Source of the DNA: Bacillota bacterium
GTDB taxonomy: Bacteria > Bacillota > UBA994
Direction: 5' to 3'
NCBI GenBank assembly: GCA_018333655.1
Contig: JAGXTJ010000010.1
Location: 39,280-103,279, forward strand
Length of the DNA: 64,000 nt
In this document: positions 60,164-64,000 of the stretch, piece after piece
Position numbering within the stretch: position 1 is the first letter of the stretch
How the letters are laid out: each line of letters opens with the position of its first letter
Notes under the pieces: model-generated
Seen by the model: the letters and a program-made list of their open reading frames with translations, nothing else
Database searches by the model: none
Told to the model about the DNA's origin: nothing
Translations under genes and position numbers: made by a program

Positions 60164-60823
60164 ATGAGCCTCATAGTAACAAGTAAACTAGGCAAGAACT
60201 ATCGTCGCGGCAGCGAAACCGTACACGCGCTAGAGGATGCCAGCCTCACCATCAAGGCGGGCGAACTCCTCGCCCTCGTCGGGCCATCTGGTTCCGGCAA
60301 GACAACTTTTATGAACTTACTGGGCTGCTTAGACACCCCGAGCTCCGGCAGCTACCTCCTCAATGGACAGGAAGTAGCCGGTCGCAAGGAAAGTGAACTC
60401 GTTAAAATTCGGCAGCAAAATATCGGCTTCGTCTTTCAGCAGTTTTTTCTTCTGCCCACTTTGACAGTGCAAGAAAATGTAGAGTTGCCTCTGCTCTTTA
60501 ACCCCAGTGGCAAGAGCCGGGCGAACGAACTGCTAGAGCTAGTCGGGCTCACCCACCGCAGGCATCACTTACCCAAGGAGCTTAGTGGGGGTGAAATGCA
60601 GCGTGTGGCCGTCGCCAGAGCCTTAATTAATCGGCCCAAGATTCTGCTCGCCGACGAACCCACCGGCAACCTCGACAGTAAGAACAGTGAAAAAGTAATG
60701 GCACTCTTTAACGACTTGCACAAGCAAGGTCTGACCATTGTCTTGGTTACCCACAACATGGAGATAGCGAAGCACAGTCAGAGAGTAGTTCGTTTGGCAG
60801 ATGGGCGGATTATCGAAAGCTAG
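60164..60823 (+). CDS. ABC transporter ATP-binding protein (MacB/LolD-type)
   Basis: GPSGSGKTT, LSGGEMQRV, and LLADEPTGNLD. ATG 60164 after AAGGAG. Confidence 0.9.
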   Translation: MSLIVTSKLGKNYRRGSETVHALEDASLTIKAGELLALVGPSGSGKTTFMNLLGCLDTPSSGSYLLNGQEVAGRKESELVKIRQQNIGFVFQQFFLLPTLTVQENVELPLLFNPSGKSRANELLELVGLTHRRHHLPKELSGGEMQRVAVARALINRPKILLADEPTGNLDSKNSEKVMALFNDLHKQGLTIVLVTHNMEIAKHSQRVVRLADGRIIES

Positions 60824-60838
60824 ACTAGGTAGGATGAA

Positions 60839-60880
60839 ATGGAAGCTCTGGCGTAAGTGCTAGGGCTTCCATTTTGCTTT
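60839..60880 (+). terminator. Intrinsic terminator (ATGGAAGC...GCTTCCAT + TTTGCTTT)
   Basis: 8-bp stem and a T-run, read directly. Confidence 0.7.
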
Positions 60881-60985
60881 ACCAGGGCAACTATTACAAA
60901 ATATTTGCATAATTATCGAAGTGATGATATTATGTGCGTGAAAGTGAGACGGGCGTAGGCCTAAAGGCACCTAAGGACATGGGAC

Positions 60986-62212
60986 ATGGCTTATTTTTGT
61001 GAAAGGATGAGCAGGATGACGATGTCGGACAGTGGTAAGCGGCTTAAAATTACTACCTTGGGTCACTTTGCTGTCGTAAACGGGAGTAGCTGTATTTCGC
61101 ATTCCTGTGGTCGCTCGCGAAAGATATGGGATCTATTTAAGTTATTGCTGGTTCACCACGACCGTGTATTAATGCCGGAGTCTATTGTAGAACAGCTGTG
61201 GCCCGAAAAACCCTATGATGATGCCAGGGGGGCCGTCCGCACTCTTGTCCATAGGCTGCGGAGTGTGCTGGGTGAAGATATGGACTACATAAAGTTCACT
61301 CAAGGGGGCTATACCTTTAGCCTCTACCACGACGTCTGGTTAGATATACATGTTTTCGAGAACACCTGCCGACAAGCGCGACAACTAGCCAAGCAGGGCC
61401 TCATGCCAGAAGCTGTGCATCTGTACAAGCAGGGGCTATCGTTGTACCAAGGCGATTTGTTACCTGAATGCCCGTACAGTGATTGGTTGTTGCCCCATAG
61501 GGGTCATTACCACAGTCTGTATGTACAGGCCGTTGCTGAGCTGGCGGTATTGCTCGACGAGCAGCATTCCTACGCGGAGCTTGAGGAAGAAGTAACTAGA
61601 GCCCTCATGGTTGATTACTACGAAGAAACCCTGCACCTAATTTTACTGCAGACACTGCTGCGAGAAGGTAAATTCACCCAGGCCAAGTGGCATTACGAAA
61701 AGGTCACTTCTGTTTTCTACCGCGAAATGGGCCTCAAGCCGAGTGCGGCCATGAAAGGGCTCCTGCGCCTTATCTTAGGGCAAGAGACCGAAAACAACAG
61801 GGCGGCGGCAGAACATGTGCCCATACTAGATGCTGTGCCCTGCCAAGAGGAGTCTCGTGGGGCTCTCCTCTGCGAGCGCGAGGTTTTTAGGGTCATCTGT
61901 AGCCTAGAGAGCCGCCGTGCGGAGCGGACAGGCAGCACAGGGCAAGTGGCGGTGCTCGCCGTGACGCAGGCCCACATCAGCGATTCACTGCTAGGTGAGA
62001 AAGGTGATGAAGGCCACGTTCTCGAAAAGCTGCTACGGGCTGTGTTGCGCAAGGGCGATGTCCTCTGTCGCGATGGCCTTCATCAGTTCTTTGTCCTCCT
62101 TCCTGCTACCACTTATGAACAAGCGCAGAGCATCATCAGGCGAGTAGAGGACGCTGCTAAAGAAAGGGGGCTCTTACTAAGAAGGCGTCTACAGCCACTA
62201 AGCGCCTCTTAA
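60986..62212 (+). CDS. SARP-family regulator (OmpR-type winged helix + BTAD) with C-terminal degenerate GGDEF domain
   Basis: N-terminus LKITTLGHFAVVNG...WDLFKLLLVHHDRVLMPESIVEQLWPE...RTLVHRLRSVL is an OmpR/SARP wHTH, followed by a BTAD helical region (LYKQGLSLYQGDLLPE...). The C-terminal block ...VAVLAV...RKGDVLCRDGLHQFFVLLPATTYEQAQSIIRRV aligns with the GGDEF core: RxxD is retained and GGEEF is replaced by GLHQF. The start is uncertain between 60986 and ~61017. Confidence 0.65.
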   Translation: MAYFCERMSRMTMSDSGKRLKITTLGHFAVVNGSSCISHSCGRSRKIWDLFKLLLVHHDRVLMPESIVEQLWPEKPYDDARGAVRTLVHRLRSVLGEDMDYIKFTQGGYTFSLYHDVWLDIHVFENTCRQARQLAKQGLMPEAVHLYKQGLSLYQGDLLPECPYSDWLLPHRGHYHSLYVQAVAELAVLLDEQHSYAELEEEVTRALMVDYYEETLHLILLQTLLREGKFTQAKWHYEKVTSVFYREMGLKPSAAMKGLLRLILGQETENNRAAAEHVPILDAVPCQEESRGALLCEREVFRVICSLESRRAERTGSTGQVAVLAVTQAHISDSLLGEKGDEGHVLEKLLRAVLRKGDVLCRDGLHQFFVLLPATTYEQAQSIIRRVEDAAKERGLLLRRRLQPLSAS

Positions 62213-62239
62213 GGGTCTTAAGTATACATAGCTTCTGCA

Positions 62240-62278
62240 CCGCGGACCAGCGTTGGTCCGCGGCTTTGTCATTCTGTT
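62240..62278 (+). terminator. Intrinsic terminator (CCGCGGACCA-gcgt-TGGTCCGCGG + T-rich)
   Basis: 10-bp perfect stem, read directly. Confidence 0.75.
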
Positions 62279-62414
62279 GGGCTGTTTGTGTTCTAGCGAA
62301 ATATGTAATTAGTCTGTAATTTAGATGCAACCCCCATAAAACTTGCCTGTATCTAACTTGTAACCCCCTATTGCTACACTGACCTTAGTAAATGAAGAGT
62401 AGGAGGGTTTTCTC

Positions 62415-63179
62415 ATGACCAGGCTCGAACAGCGCCGACAGCGCCACCTGCACACACAAGAAAGCTGGCGTGCCTTAGGCAAAGTTGTCTTGTTGCTCTC
62501 CTTGGTTGCTCTGCTGCTCCTACCGCCAAAGTTGCCGATGGTTGGAGCAAAGTTTACAAGCTGGGGTCTTTCACAAGGGGCGCTGCGTAGCGGTGACTCA
62601 TCATACAGTCTATCCTTGCATCCTGGTAGTAGCATGACTAATGACAGCCCAGGGGATCCTGGTCCAGCTTTTAGGGTGGCGGAATGGAGAGGTGGACAGC
62701 TCAGTCTAGATTTTGGCACCTACCCTGTCGGCAACAACAGAAATTTTCCGCAGGTTCTCGTGGTGCACAATGCCAGCGGTTGGAGCTCGGGGCTACACTT
62801 GCAGCTCAGCGGCGAAGTAGCACAGTTCATCGCCATAGCCGAGCCAAGTGCATGGATCGGCCCACGTGGTAGCATCTCTCTAGGTTTTCGCCTCGCGAGT
62901 AGTCCGACTGATAAAGACGGTGAGTTCGTCGGCACCCTGCACATTGTAACTGACAGAGGAATTACGCTCGGCGCGTTACCAGTACGACTAAGGCTGGCTA
63001 AGGCCAAGAGTAGCGCTAGTCAAGCTACGTTACCTGCACCCCAAGTATCTGCGCCTGAAGTAGCCCTTAGTGACGAAGGAGGTAGTAGCGCAACTGGCGG
63101 TACCCCTTTTGAAGCTGAGGCGCAAAGCTCGGCCGGAGCAGAAGAAAGCGGTGAGACAAATGGAAATCCCGGTAGCTAA
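62415..63179 (+). CDS. Secreted/membrane-anchored accessory protein, TapA-position in a tapA-sipW-tasA-like operon
   Basis: N-terminal hydrophobic segment (VVLLLSLVALLLLPP), a following ...GAKFTSWG stretch with weak resemblance to the SipW-class AxFxDxE signal, and a Ser/Ala/Glu-rich acidic C-terminus. Overlaps the sipW start. Confidence 0.5.
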   Translation: MTRLEQRRQRHLHTQESWRALGKVVLLLSLVALLLLPPKLPMVGAKFTSWGLSQGALRSGDSSYSLSLHPGSSMTNDSPGDPGPAFRVAEWRGGQLSLDFGTYPVGNNRNFPQVLVVHNASGWSSGLHLQLSGEVAQFIAIAEPSAWIGPRGSISLGFRLASSPTDKDGEFVGTLHIVTDRGITLGALPVRLRLAKAKSSASQATLPAPQVSAPEVALSDEGGSSATGGTPFEAEAQSSAGAEESGETNGNPGS

Positions 63180-63759
63180 AAATTCATCGCTGCGCGATGC
63201 AGTGCATAAATTTTCTCGCCATGTCGGCAACTCTCTGTTTGTAATTTCTCTCGTCCTAGCGGTGGTCCTGGTGTTCTTCCTAATTCAGAGTCGTGTCACT
63301 GGGGGGGTGCCGGCCGTTCTTGGGCATCAGTTGTACATAGTTGGTGGCGGCAGCATGAGCCCTGCCTTCTCTGCAGGCAGCGTCGTCATGGTTCGGCCGC
63401 AGGAGGCCAGTACGATTCGCCTCGGCGACATTATCACTTATCGTGACCCCGATTCAAACACCACGGCCATCATTGTCACGCATCGTGTGGTAGGCATAGC
63501 ACAGGGCGAAGCGCTCACCTTTACGACCCGCGGCGACGCAAATCATGCCGATGACCCGCTACCGCTCCCGGCCAGCAACATTATCGGGCGCGTGGCCTAC
63601 ACCATCCCGTTTCTTGGCTACGTGCTTAGTTTTATGCAGACAAAGAACGGCATGTTGCTAATGCTCGTCCTACCGGCCAGTGTCGTAATTGTGGTCGAAG
63701 TGCGCAAGCTCATGGGCTACGCACGTAGCATAGATAACCAAGGGGGGGGATGCGTATAG
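63160..63759 (+). CDS. sipW: Signal peptidase I, SipW (archaeal/ER-type S26B) family
   Basis: TM anchor followed by YIVGGGSMSPAFSAGSVVMVRP (catalytic Ser region) and ...HRVVGI... ATG 63160 after GGTGAG; the ORF track start at 63070 is in frame but overlaps the upstream gene. Confidence 0.8.
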   Translation: MEIPVAKNSSLRDAVHKFSRHVGNSLFVISLVLAVVLVFFLIQSRVTGGVPAVLGHQLYIVGGGSMSPAFSAGSVVMVRPQEASTIRLGDIITYRDPDSNTTAIIVTHRVVGIAQGEALTFTTRGDANHADDPLPLPASNIIGRVAYTIPFLGYVLSFMQTKNGMLLMLVLPASVVIVVEVRKLMGYARSIDNQGGGCV

Positions 63760-63868
63760 CAGAGGCATTTGCAGCATCACACTCGCCTGAGGACGCTAGC
63801 CGGGCTGTCCGGTGTGGGCGTGGCGTACCGCAAGTACGTCAAAAATAGAATATAATGGAGGCCTAGAA

Positions 63869-64000
63869 GATGAAAACTAAAATGATCGTGAGCATGCTGA
63901 TTCTCGCTTTGGCCGCCGCCTTGGTCGGTGGCGCGACGATGGCTATCTTTACCGATACGGAGAACAACAATGGCAACACCTTTACCGCAGGTACGGTCAA
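63869..64000 (+). CDS. TasA/camelysin-family secreted protein (SipW-cognate signal peptide), 5' part only (window end)
   Basis: MKTKMIVSMLILALAAALVGGATMAIFTDTENNNGNTFTAGTV carries the hallmark AxFTDxE...NTFTAGT signal of SipW substrates. RBS TGGAGG. Confidence 0.8.

Overview
This is a ~58-60% GC Firmicutes-type chromosomal window with Bacillus/Clostridia-like synteny, and almost all of it is housekeeping. From the left the genes are: the 5' end of RNase J (minus strand); ftsE-ftsX with an EnvC-like M23 peptidase; a polytopic membrane protein; uvrB, then a 490-nt gap, then uvrA-uvrC; a DnaD-domain protein with a DnaI-like helicase loader; a yvl-like envelope module (DUF2089 HTH protein, a SHOCT-motif protein, PspC, and a DUF360 holin-family protein); a heterodimeric ABC exporter pair; a TAXI-TRAP transporter with DUF1850; a PHP phosphoesterase; rapZ-yvcK; tryptophanase; mtnN; an IS200-like Y1 transposase domain fused to a DnaA-C-like HTH; DUF4349; tldD-tldE; glycerate kinase; an M42 peptidase; cyclophilin; a DUF362-ferredoxin protein; glnA; whiA with an HPr-like gene; rpoN; the glycolytic operon gap-pgk-tpiA-gpmI-eno followed by secG; a membrane H+/Na+ pyrophosphatase; an HD hydrolase; an XRE-HTH/TPR-like regulator; RNase R; a BlaI/BlaR1-like pair with a MacB-type ABC transporter; a SARP-family regulator carrying a degenerate GGDEF domain; and a tapA-sipW-tasA-like operon truncated at the window edge. 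I found no rRNA, tRNA or CRISPR array. The candidates worth follow-up are: (i) a low-GC, translationally coupled two-gene cassette at 19.8-21.0 kb encoding a Tyr/Trp/Asn-rich secreted protein and a small partner; (ii) the IS200-like/DnaA-C fusion gene, which is bracketed by about 45-bp imperfect inverted repeats and so looks RAYT/REPIN- or IS-like; (iii) the SARP regulator with a degenerate GGDEF domain that keeps an RxxD I-site, sitting directly upstream of the TasA/SipW-type operon and its repeat-rich promoter; (iv) a palindromic operator-like repeat (TATTGAT-N3-ATCAATA) around a consensus promoter in the yvl-like module; and (v) a ~110-nt long-stem hairpin between convergent genes at ~53.0 kb. 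All calls rest on reading the provided ORF translations and the raw sequence; no database searches were run. GC differences are judged by eye, not computed.
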